Of a stretch of DNA of 64,000 nt, positions 37,939 through 49,724 are shown piece after piece (the first letter of the stretch is position 1; each line of letters opens with the position of its first letter). Origin of the DNA: Utricularia gibba (lineage: Eukaryota > Plantae > Magnoliophyta); the NCBI GenBank assembly GCA_002189035.1, contig NEEC01000016.1:1612001-1676000 (forward strand), in the 5' to 3' direction. The notes under the pieces were generated by a model. That model was not told the origin of the DNA and made no database searches. It saw nothing but the letters and a program-made list of their open reading frames with translations. A program made the translations under genes and the position numbers.

Positions 37939-39037
37939 TGATATTACATCATTTTTATTATAGTTGTGCTATTTTATGTATTCAGGTAAGGGATTATTTT
38001 CGGTAAAAATGTGTTTCGGTCCTTTTTTGCTCTAATTCGAGGGTTGGGCGATTCACTATTTGTTCAAGCCCAAGAACATCAGGCCTATTTGGGCCAAGCC
38101 ATGTATTCTAACTAGTCTATGAAATTGTTTTTAGTACAAGGGCAAACCAATAATTGTAGGTCTGCTTTAGAAGCGAGAAACAAGCAAGATGAACAGAAAT
38201 AAGGGGAGCAAGGAAGTGTAGAAATGATAGCGACCACGGGGCACTTGGCACACCGGAGTGGGAGTGAGTAGAGAGAGAAGGGAGAATATCTCCTTCTAAA
38301 GATATTTTTCAATGAGATATTCTTCAGTTTTTTTGTGTGTTTTCTGATGAAGAGGATGAAGGAAGAAAAGTTCCAACGTGATACTAGAACTAATCTCCAA
38401 AGTCCAAAACCATAAAAACAACCAAACCAACATTAAGGAAGCTCAAAACCAGCAGCTTGAGAACAAGATGCAAGACCATGAGAAGAATTAGAGCATTGCA
38501 TAAACTTTATTTTATTTTTAAAAAACTTATTTCTTCATTTCACCTTATGAACTTGCATATTTTCTATTTATGTTGCCAGTCTGAATGTTGAACTTGTTTG
38601 AATGACCTCATCAACTAAACATGTAGCTTCATCATTTTCGTTACTGTTTTCATAAACTAGCTTAGGACTCAAAAACCTGAAGATGCACTTTAATCAGTTC
38701 ATGCATAGATTAATGTTCAGATCAAATGCCATGATCGCTGTTTATTGCTCGAAAATTCCATTTTACATGTTCTGTTTTCTACTTTTCATTTCAAAGTAGT
38801 TAAAAGTATTTTATCAATTTTAGTTAACTCCACTTCCGAACAAACCTCATGTTTAATTCAGCTTACAGATTGGACTAATAACTACAAATCATGTATTCTC
38901 TCTGGATCAATTTGGACTTATTACTATTATATTAATTTCTTTTTAAATGAAATGCAATTTATTTATTCAATTTACAAATTACTTTTGATAAGAAAAACTC
39001 TTAGGCTTGTGATACCTATAAAATTTTCATTCCATCA
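37939..39037. mobile_element. Probable Gypsy solo LTR (~1.1 kb, TGAT...ATCA) splitting repeat copy B
   Basis: Ends are TGATATTAC and CATTCCATCA; flanks GGGCA/AAGCA could be a decayed TSD. It lies exactly between the two halves homologous to copy A. Confidence 0.5.
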
Positions 39038-39269
39038 AAGCAATACAATCCTTTTGTTCAAGTTCAAATCAAACTCGTATGTGATTTAAGAGTTTCGATG
39101 GGCCTTGTTTCTTGGCCCATTGATCCAGCCCCCAATCTCAGCATTTCCTTTCCTAATTGCTGCATAGTATTTGCTTGATATAAGATGGATTTTCTCATCA
39201 ATAGTTATTGATAGAAAAGACCTCCAAAGGAGGAGGAATGCAATCATTATCTCCGGCTCAAAAAGAGGC

Positions 39270-39800
39270 ATATGCCCGCTTTTGATGGGGAATGCAATAC
39301 AAGGCCAACAATTTGGATTATGGAATTAAAGAAAAATATGAGGATTCATAATACACTCGTCGAGCAAAAGGGTAAGGTGGCAATGGATTTCTTGGTTGGG
39401 GATGCTGCCCAATGGTGGGGAGGTATGGAGCTGATTATCAAGGTAGTAGGATGGGAAGAATTTCGGAAATAGTTTCTCGGTTATTACTACCCAATGGTGA
39501 AACTCACACAAAAGGTGGTAGAGTTAGAGGGCATCCGACAAAGCAATGGCAAAGCAGGATATGATTTCTACATGTGTTTCCAAGGGCTGGTCAGGTTCAA
39601 ATTGGGGCTTATTGACAGCGGACACCTATTGGTATAAAAGTTCCATTAGGCCATGTTGCCGCAAATATGAGAATGCTTGATCTCGGTGGCAGCCAAAGTG
39701 ATAGAAGAGTTGTTACGAGCAGCCTTGGTAGTGGAGATAGAGGCGGCTGCTTTGGAAGGTAGGAAGGAATAAAAGAATAGCTATGGGTGAAAGAAAAAAT
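39270..39800 (+). mobile_element. Ty3/Gypsy gag remnant
   Basis: FDGECNTRPTIWIMEL...KVAMDFLVGDAAQWW...WEEFRK*FLGYYYP. Confidence 0.72.
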
Positions 39801-40029
39801 GAGTTAGTGACTGTGATGTGGAAGGAGGCATGAAGGGGATTGCTACATTGAGGCTTCAATTTTATAGAGAAAGGGCCCATTGCATAGAATTTCCCCATTG
39901 GAGTGATAGAAGTGGTGAGACCATTGATTGGCTATGGTGGAGGATAGATTTAACACCACGATCAGGCCGATGCCAAGCAGGACAAAAAGGCGATCATAAG
40001 TCTAATCCAACTTCTTTGAACTAACGTCC

Positions 40030-40700
40030 TAATTTATTTAACTGCAGTGCAACCCATTCATTTATTTCTCCAGCACACTCCTAGGTGCATTCTTCCACCA
40101 CATACACATGGCGGTGCTCCATGAGAATCCACCGCACACACTTTCTCCTTTGGTGTTTCCCAAATCTCCTTTCCATTTCTCAGTAGACATTCTTTTCATG
40201 CTAATCACATCTTAGATACAATGTTCCACATACACTATCATGGGTGCGGGCACTAACTCAACTAATCTTGAGGTGAATATCACAAAGACTAGATCACAAA
40301 TGCTGGGTAGTAATGCTTGGTGGAACTTCCAGACTTGCAACATCTCATTGCTAGCCACCCTTGACTGAATTATGGGATAACTTCTGAAATCAGGTGTGAA
40401 ATTCCCACATAGTCTCACCCATTTTTTGCATAATGGTTTCGAACTTCCCTGTCCATATTGAGGTAGTAGCATTTGAAGAACTTGGATTGAAAGCTTTCTC
40501 ATGTTACCCTCTCATCATAGTCCTTGTGATTGCCTTCCCATCATCGCATGACTTCCCCTACTAAGAAATGGGGTGCGGCGTAGCTTGCACAGTTAGTTTT
40601 CTGCGTTGTTTGCATTGCCTCCCCCATACGAGGGCATTCGAATCTTCTCGAAGCTTGCATGGTGTATGTGGATACAATTCTTGTGTGGTTATAGCAGCCA
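40030..40700 (-). mobile_element. Second Ty3/Gypsy gag remnant (C-terminal half with zinc-knuckle-like end), opposite orientation
   Basis: KFETIMQKMGETMWEFHT*FQKLS and PPCVCGGRMHLGVCWR in a stop-broken minus frame. Confidence 0.55.
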
Positions 40701-42377
40701 TTCGTGTTTGAGTTTTTCACCGATTGCTATTCTTCTTCCTCACGGTTACACGTATGAAACGCTTGTCTAGCAAACCTCATGCTCCTGCTTCCTACACTCA
40801 CATTAGTTAGATCGGTTTCATCTTCTAAGTTACCTCATTCCTAGAGTAGGTGATATAAGTCATGATCAGTTATGCTAAATGAAGATTATTTATAAATCTC
40901 CAAGTTTTATACAAAATAAATATTTATTTTAAATCCAAATTATCACAAACAATCTATCAAATGCGTCAATAATTTATAGAAAACTATCAAATACGTCCAA
41001 GAAAAAGGTTTATTTAAATTTGTATTCTTACTCTCATTCATTTCATTACACTTGTAAAGTATTATATAAAAATGATTATTTTACATAAATCTCATCCTAC
41101 TTCCATTAATGAGGCGTTGCTCTAATTTAATCCATAACTTAATATGCAATTAATGAATTTAAAGGGTGGATTAGAGTAGAGTAGGCCATCAAAAGGAAAG
41201 TAAATGGGCATTAAATAAAGCTGGTTGGATGATTTAGAATATTTATCCAATATTTCTTCATTTAACATGAAATTTAATGTTCAATCCAAATTTCAACTAT
41301 GAATCTACCGCATAAATTAAATTAATTGTGTACTATATACAATATCTAAAAAATCATAATTGAATCGCTTTAGATCACAAACTTAAGGCATGTTCTGTAA
41401 TTTTAAGTTTTATTTTAAATTATATATAATATAATCAATTTTTAAATTACGTTAATAGAATCAATTTGAAATTGTAAAATGGTTTTTATAAAATATATAT
41501 TTTAAAGTTTAATATATTTTTATTATTGTATAATTTAATGTAATGCTATAAATGTACTTTTAGAATATATAAAAAATGAATAGTATAAAATTTTTAAAAA
41601 TATATTATTTAATCATTAAATGGAAATTAATAAAATTTAATAATTTATGAAGTTAATAACAAAATTTAAATTTTTAATTTTATTATAAAACGATTAAAAT
41701 TAGAATTTTCAACAATTAAATAGAATTATTTAAAAAAATTATGAAAACAGAAAAAACTCTTATCATGATAAAAGTTAAATTAAACTTAAGCTCTTCTTTT
41801 AAACTAGAGAAAAAAAAGGAATCATATTGAATCACGATTCAATCCATTTTTAATGATTTTTTTTAAAAAAATTATTATTATTTTTTAAAAAAGTAACAGT
41901 TCATTCATGGTTTTAATTGCGGTTGAATTGCTTAAAAAACCCTATATAATTAATCATTGTACAATAAATTGTTTATTAATAATTTTGTTTATTAATTGAT
42001 TGTCAATGTTAAAAGCGTGTGCTCACATGAAATGCAGTTATCAGTCCTTGTTTAGTGAATAACTAACGGTCCCCAAACCCTAATTAAAACTGGTAATCGA
42101 CCTTCCGGTGGTCACATGAAGGCAGTTTTCAGGCTCCACTGACTCACTGCCTTATGATGATGTTGTAGTGATAATGAATTTTGATTTTCTTTATATAAAA
42201 AAATGATCTGCTGGGCAAATTACATTCTGTTGGTCCACTCCATAATGCAGAGTGTGGAAAGTGACTGAGGCTTTCGCCATTTATGGTTTCGAAAATGTTG
42301 TCCCTTTATAAATGGGTGAATGGTGATTGCCCCATCTCAAATGGGGAAGTGCTTCTTATGACTGGAGCAGCGGCAAG

Positions 42378-44494
42378 ATGGCTGGAGGTGGACGAGCGTG
42401 GCTGCACACTTTGGGTTTCATGCTTCTGGCGGTGACGGCTGGGAGCCTCTCAGTTGAGATCACATACGTTCAGAGTGGCATAGCGAAGGGAGCTGGTGAG
42501 AGCTTTACTCCCGCTGGGAAAGTTTGTGGAAAGTAACATGCTTCCCTGTGCTTTGCAGTCTGCTTGGATGGCAGTCCGCCGGCGTACCATCTGGACTGGG
42601 GGTTCGGATCCGGGGCGACTAGCTGGTTGGTTCATCTCGAGGTTGGTGTCTCTTGATGACAGAAGAAGATGATGAAATGGATAGGGACACGTAAGTTCAT
42701 GTAATAGGATGTTTGTTTGATAATGCAATCAGGGAGGGGGTTGGTGCAACAATGCTACGACGTGCTTAGCTCGACTGGGGACACGATTAGGTTCGTCGCA
42801 CCAGATGGCTAAACAGCTTGATTTTTCTGGGATTTTCAGCAACCAGTTGGTGCTGAATCCTGGTAAGATTGCAGTCTTTCCATCTCATCTTTGGTTCGTC
42901 GCCGTGACTCGATGATATTCGAAGCAGATTTCTATAACTGGAATAGGGTCATGGTAAGATACTGTGATGGGGCATCCTTCACAGGAGATATCGAAGCCGT
43001 TGATCCAGTAAGCGTTTACTGCATGAGTTAGCCAGTAGTGTGGTAAATGCAAATGCATCTGATGTTCTGTGTTTTGATCAGGCAACCAAACTGTACTACA
43101 GAGGGGCTAGGGTCTTCAGTGCGGTGATGGAGGACTTGATGGAAAAAGGAATGAAGAATGCAAAAAACGTTTGATTTTTTCCTCTGTTCTTGTGCTGATC
43201 CCTTCATCCAAATGGTAACAGAAACCATGGAATTGTGTTCATTCTTGGTTCATGCAGGCCATTCTTTCCGGATGTTCAGCTGGTGGATTGGCGTCTATTC
43301 TTCACTGTGATAACTTCAGGGCTCTTCTTCCTTCAAGCACCAAAGTGAAATGCTTAGCAGACGCTGGTTTTTTCATTGATGCGTAAGCTTCATGTGTTCA
43401 CAGCGCGGCTCTTTCTCCTTCAGTTTTCACCTCAGCTGGATCCCTCCCTGTGTTTAACCCCCGCAGAAAAGATGTTTCTGGAGCTCCGCATATAAGGAAC
43501 TTCTACAATGATGTTGTCGCAACACATGTGAGGAACCAATAATATTTCCTGATTTTATACCTCCATTTCGAAATGAAGAACAGAACAGCTACTCTGTTAA
43601 TCGTTCTAAGTTTCTCTGGTTTTGGCACTGCAGGGATCAGCTAAGACCTTGCCAAGATGGTGCACATCTAGGATGAAACCAGGCCTTGTAAGAGAACGCT
43701 GACTTATTCGATCACATTATGTCTTGTAATTTTTACTTCTTGGTGCAGTGTTTCTTCCCCAAAATGTGGCAAGAGGAATCAAAACACCTCTTTTCATTGT
43801 AAATGCTGCCTACGACACCTGGCAGGTCAGCACAGGATATCTGATCAGATGCTGAAGTATCATAATTTAGCACATAGACAAGCAGAAACCTTGACACCTG
43901 ACAAAGCATCCTTTCCATTTTGCTTGTGCAGATCAAGAATATTCTGGCCCCGGGTGTGTCTGACCCTCACGGTCTCTGGCACGACTGCAAGACTGACATA
44001 ACAAAGTGCTCCGACAGGGAGCTTCAGACCATGCAAGGTTGGCAATTCTTCCCACATTGTGGTAGTTAGGTACAATGGCGAAGTGGTTGGAACATCCACC
44101 TCCATAGAATCATGATTTGCGTGATGCTGCTTCAGGATTCAGGCTGCAGTTTCTTAAAACACTGAATGGATCAGGCGCCTTGAGACCAAGAGGATACTTC
44201 ATCAACTCTTGCTATGCTCACTGCCAGACAGAAATGCAAGAAACCTGGTACAGAAGTGATTCCCCTGTATTAAATGGCAAGGTAACTGCTCAAATATTTG
44301 TTGGATAACTTGCCTCAAGAGCGCTGTATGCATACATATCTCAACATCTTGCTTTGTAGCAGAAAATAGCAGAAGCTGTTGGGGACTGGTTTCATGACAG
44401 AAGACCATTTCAGGAGACTGACTGTGAATATCCATGTGACAATACATGCCACAACCTTATTTTTGATTCACAAGACGATCCCTTTATTCCATGA
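42378..44494 (+). CDS. Pectin acetylesterase (PAE), 12 exons: 42378-42495, 42559-42641, 42733-42862, 42928-43007, 43082-43168, 43258-43382, 43467-43527, 43634-43687, 43749-43825, 43932-44037, 44136-44281, 44363-44494; 1-nt deletion in exon 9
   Basis: [64 protein letters not shown]. All introns are GT-AG. Exon 9 is 77 nt where 78 is needed. Confidence 0.92.
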
Positions 44495-45394
44495 ACAAGA
44501 ATAAATTAGAGTATGGATTATTCATCCAGGATTCACAATTGAGTTGGGAACAGTGCACCTGTTGCTTCTTAGAGCCATGTGTGCAGATGCTTGGCACAAT
44601 ATCATCGAATTTTCCATTGTTTTTCATCAGCTGGAACTCAACATTCCCAATTCCTGCAGTCTGCATTTCACACCAAATGTGATTTCTTCAACAGAATCAC
44701 ATGTCTATTCCACCCAACGGTGCACCCAATTGTCAAAATTGCATCACATAAACACCTTCTGCAAAACAATTTCTGAAGAAACATTATAGTGTTGTTCGTT
44801 TCACACATTTAAACTTTATAATTATACGTTCTCTTTTTTAAAAAATTTATTTTATATAAAATTAATAAAATCTTTTTATTTAATCATATCTTCTTTTACA
44901 TTCGTAACAAATATCAGATATCGTAACTAGATTATTGATCCAATATTATTTCTCTTTTATATACTTAGTATTCTAATTGAGTATCGCTTCTTTTCACCAT
45001 TAATATGAGTCGGATTTAGTTCTAATATCAAATATCACGATATATTCTTTTTTTTCATGATATTATCTTCCTCGTACACTCAATTTTCATAGTTTTATAT
45101 TTTTTATTTTCAAAAAAAATAAATTATACAAAATTAATAAAATATTTATATTTAAGTACATATTATCTTCGTTCATAATTAATGTAAGATATCATAACCA
45201 ACTCCTTTGTCAAACAGGAAATGGTCAAACAAAAAAACGGTGAATTTACAGTACAACCATTGCATTTTCACATAATTCCAGGGAGTTGATTTCCGAAGAG
45301 TAGTACTCTTCATCTATCACGAAGATCAACTTCCTGGAATTATGAGACAACCAATCACCAACAAAGGCTTCAGATTTGTTTTTCCGTGTATATA

Positions 45395-45460
45395 GTTGGG
45401 CTTTTGAGAGTACAAATCGTCATCAGCTTGAATAAAAGCCCAATTCTTCATGGGCTCTAT
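45395..45460. promoter_or_regulatory. Site II (TGGGCY) cluster upstream of ClpP4
   Basis: TGGGCT at 45397, AGCCCA at 45437 and TGGGCT at 45451, all within ~110 nt of the ATG. Confidence 0.5.
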
Positions 45461-45504
45461 ATTAGATCCCGATCCAGCAAGTTTCAGATAGAGCTCGGTT
45501 GCCG

Positions 45505-46521
45505 ATGGGTGCTCTCGCTGTCCCTACGCCGCTCGCCCGCCCTTTCCTCCGGCGAGATCTGCCGCGATACTCTTCCGTCGTTATTCCTACTGAAAGACCT
45601 CTCTTTCGACCAATAAACTGCTCGCTTGTTTCGTCTGCGCAGCAAACTCTCTCCTCCTACTCCCTGCCCAACCTGCAAGGCCTATTTGCATCCGTGCCGC
45701 AGACTCCGGCTACAGCCATGAGAGGCGCGGAAGCTGATGCCATGGGGTTGCTGCTCAAGGAGAGAATTGTGTTCTTAGGGAACAACATTGATGATTTCGT
45801 TGCGGACGCGATTATAAGCCAGTTACTTCTGTTGGATGCGCAGGATTCGACTAAGGACATTCGTCTCTTTATCAATTCTCCCGGTGGCTCGCTCAGGTTT
45901 ATTCGCCTCTTTTTGAATTGACAGTATTCTGAATTCGTTTAGTGATTCACAGAATTGCCATTTGCGTTCTTGAGTTTTTCATTCATGAACTACGTTTCGA
46001 ATTTCTCATTCTGGTTCTCCCTTTGAACAATCAGTGCGACAATGGCGATATTCGATGTTGTTCGGTTAGTAAGAGCTGATGTTTCCACAATTGCTCTTGG
46101 CCTTGCTGCGTCTACTGCCTCTATCATTCTTGGTGGTGGTACAAAAGGCAAGCGTCTAGCTATGCCCAACACCCGGATCATGATCCATCAACCTCTAGGC
46201 GGTGCCAGTGGGCAAGCCATTGATGTGGAAATTCAAGCCCGGGAAGTGATGCATAACAAGAAAAATGTGACCAAGATCATATCTGAGTTCACTGGTAGAA
46301 CTTACGAACAAGTTGAGAAAGACATAGACAGAGATCGCTACATGTCTCCTATGGAAGCAGTAGAGTATGGGCTTATTGATGCAGTGATTGATAGAGATAG
46401 CATTATCGCACTTGCCCCAGTTCCGGACAGGGTTAAGTCCTCTAGATTTAACTATGAAGAGATCAGCAAAGATCCCAGAAAGTTCTTGACCCCTGATATC
46501 CCTGATGATGAGATATATTAG
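45505..46521 (+). CDS. CLPP4: Nuclear-encoded plastid Clp protease proteolytic subunit 4; exons 45505-45896 and 46035-46521 (292 aa)
   Basis: Transit-peptide-like N-terminus; [17 protein letters not shown]|ATMAI, AASTAS (catalytic Ser), IMIHQPLGG (His), IDRDRYMSP; C-terminus [16 protein letters not shown]. Confidence 0.94.
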
Positions 46522-47568
46522 CTCATTTGCTGCTGGTAAAGGCACATTTGTCTTCCTTTTTGTAAATCTGATTTCCCTGATCTCACTTGCATTATTTCGT
46601 TATCATTTCAGAGATTTCATCATCTCCATGAGGCTGCTTGAGCATGAAACGCATCCATAGTTGTCAAGATCCCAAATTTCAGTTGCCGCAGTTACATAAA
46701 CTGATGGTAGACTTGTTGATTGTAGTAAAGATTGGTGATTTTTTTTACCAAGGTTGTGTTTTTGCACGCATTTATCCATAATTGAATATGAAATACAATA
46801 AAAACGGTAAGAGATCGTAAAGCCAGAGAGCCTCCCACTTATTCATCATCACCACCCCTTTTATGCTTCTGCTCTTGATCGAATGCCAGCAACAATCTCA
46901 GGTCTCTGGTGCTGTAGGAGTATTCTTTACTACAGTCGCACTTCACCCTGTCGACTTCCCACGGGATGACTTCGCGTATTGTCATGAATCCAGATACAGA
47001 AAACACTAAGGATGCTGAAATGATAATAGAGCAGCTAAATTGTGAGGAAGAGCCGAAGGCAAGATCTGAAATGGGGCCTGGATCAAAAGGGAATAAGCTG
47101 CTGTAGCCATCAGTCCAACAAAATCCTCCTGTGCAACACAATTTTTGGTTGATCACCTGCTTAAAAATGGTGCAGGTGCTGGAGCATGCAGAAGCTCTAG
47201 ATAATGCAGAAGCTTATGAACCCTATTGAATTTTATCATTATTATGAATGATCCACCCCCTAATTTGGCGGTAGTGTTCTTTGGAGTGGGTGAAAATAAG
47301 ACACAAAAATCAATTACAGAATCGAAACTCAGGTATTCAGTCTGAGTTGTACATACCAGCAAGATTAGGATTCACGCTGAATTTCGCCTATTGAGTAGTC
47401 AAAGAAAAACATTCAAAAGAATACCAAGGGGATCAACCTGATAATGCCAGGTAGAAATCCCCTGATTTAGTGTGAAAAAAACACAGGAAATTGAACCATA
47501 GTAACCAATTTGTAACTGTTGAAGGGACCAATAGAAACCACTGAACCTCCCTGATGCCTGCTAGCCCT

Positions 47569-48127
<559 letters not shown>

Positions 48128-48190
48128 TCTGTGTCAAAGTATCTTCCTTTCTCTCTCGCAGCACGAAATGACCACGTTTCCGCATATTTT

Positions 48191-48285
48191 TAGGGTTTTG
48201 GATTTGTGCATTTAGCCAGCTTATTGGGCCTTATCTCATGGATCCCAGCTCAAGTTTCTTCTTCTATGGGCTGCAAAGTTGGGCC
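48191..48285 (-). promoter_or_regulatory. Telo-box plus site II elements of the RPS30 promoter
   Basis: AAACCCTA (minus, 48191-48198) and TGGGCY at 48225, 48267 and 48280; this is the known combination in plant ribosomal-protein promoters. Confidence 0.75.
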
Positions 48286-49724
48286 CTTTTTCCCAATTAG
48301 GATAATATTTAACATTTCTCAAAAGTAAATGGCGTTCTTTCATGTTCTCCGATGATGCCCTTATCCGAGTGGGGGGTGGGAAATGATATATTGTAAAATA
48401 CTGGGGAGGCAAATAAGAATTCCTTAGATGCGTAGCAGGCGTGAGTGCAATAATAGAAGCTTCTATGCGATGTAAGAGATTTGGAAGGATCGAAGTCTGG
48501 TCCCGAAGAGTCAAATCTCTGGTCATGCTCATCAGTAATAAATTGGGGGATCCCAGTTTGGTGGGCATTGTAAATTTTTATTTACTTTTTTAACCCGCTA
48601 TTATTACCTAATTAATGGTTCAAACTCGGGATAATATTTATTTATTACGTTTCATTCCCTTTTTAGTCAATTTTCTTGTTTTTCATTGCAATTAAATTTT
48701 GTAGTAAGGAGGAGGTGCTCGCTGTTCTCCTTTTGCAAACAATGGCGCAGAGGAGCAAAATTGGGATTTTTTTTTTCTTTTGGTTTGGATGATTGATATT
48801 GGGTTGCGAGTTGAGGGCTTGGCGTAAGGGATAAATCTAAACTCTGGTTCACACGTGCAGTGCAGAAACAGAATCAGAGTGGTGGCACAGTCGAGACTGT
48901 AGAACAGCTCACAACTTCCCAAGTCAGTGGCTGGTCTGGTCTCGGGCTTGCGGGATTTCTGGATGCCGTAACATTTCACTGGGAAAATTGCTTTCTTTTT
49001 TTTTTCTCACTGCTTTGGAGGTGGGGTTGGATGGTGTGGTGCCAGCCGCCAACCACTACTGTCTGTGACTGCCATAATTTCCGCGTTTCTTGCTTCTCTT
49101 CGCACTGAAATCCTGGTTGATTTCATCTTCTTACACCGTCATGCTTTTGATATGTGAAGCCGTACGTCCGGAATGCCGATGATGTGTTGTTTTCTGGGTC
49201 TGTCGAGTCGAATCTTTTAGGCCGTTTTGAGTATAATTACAGCGCTATTGGAGTAGGTAAAGCTGATTGTAGTTCTCAAGGACCCAGGTGTATAAATGCG
49301 GGAAATTGTGATTTTGTGTCCGCCTTTTTGGTTGTGAGGGCAGGTTTTACCTAGATTCTGGTTTGGGTAGGCTTTTTTCTAAAACTCGAATTGAGGTTGA
49401 AGATGGTGGCGTGTTATCTAGGGTTTTGATTCGGTTGAAAGAAAATTCGCCCATTCTTGGTGGCGTAAGGGGAACGGAATCTGGGTTCTGCCTGAAATTT
49501 TGTAAGCTTCGGTGTCTCCCTTTTGGTGCAGTCGTATGATTACAGATTTCGATTTTCATCCTGTTCTACTCAATGGGTTCTCGATCTGGAGATCATGGGT
49601 TTGCGATGGCATCCTTCGCTGATCCCATCCGCAGTTCTTCCGTTGGGGAAGAGGAGTTTGTCCTCTTATTTTTGGTGATTTGAACCTTAGAAAGATCGCT
49701 TCTTGAGCCAGTGGTTTTTGCTGG

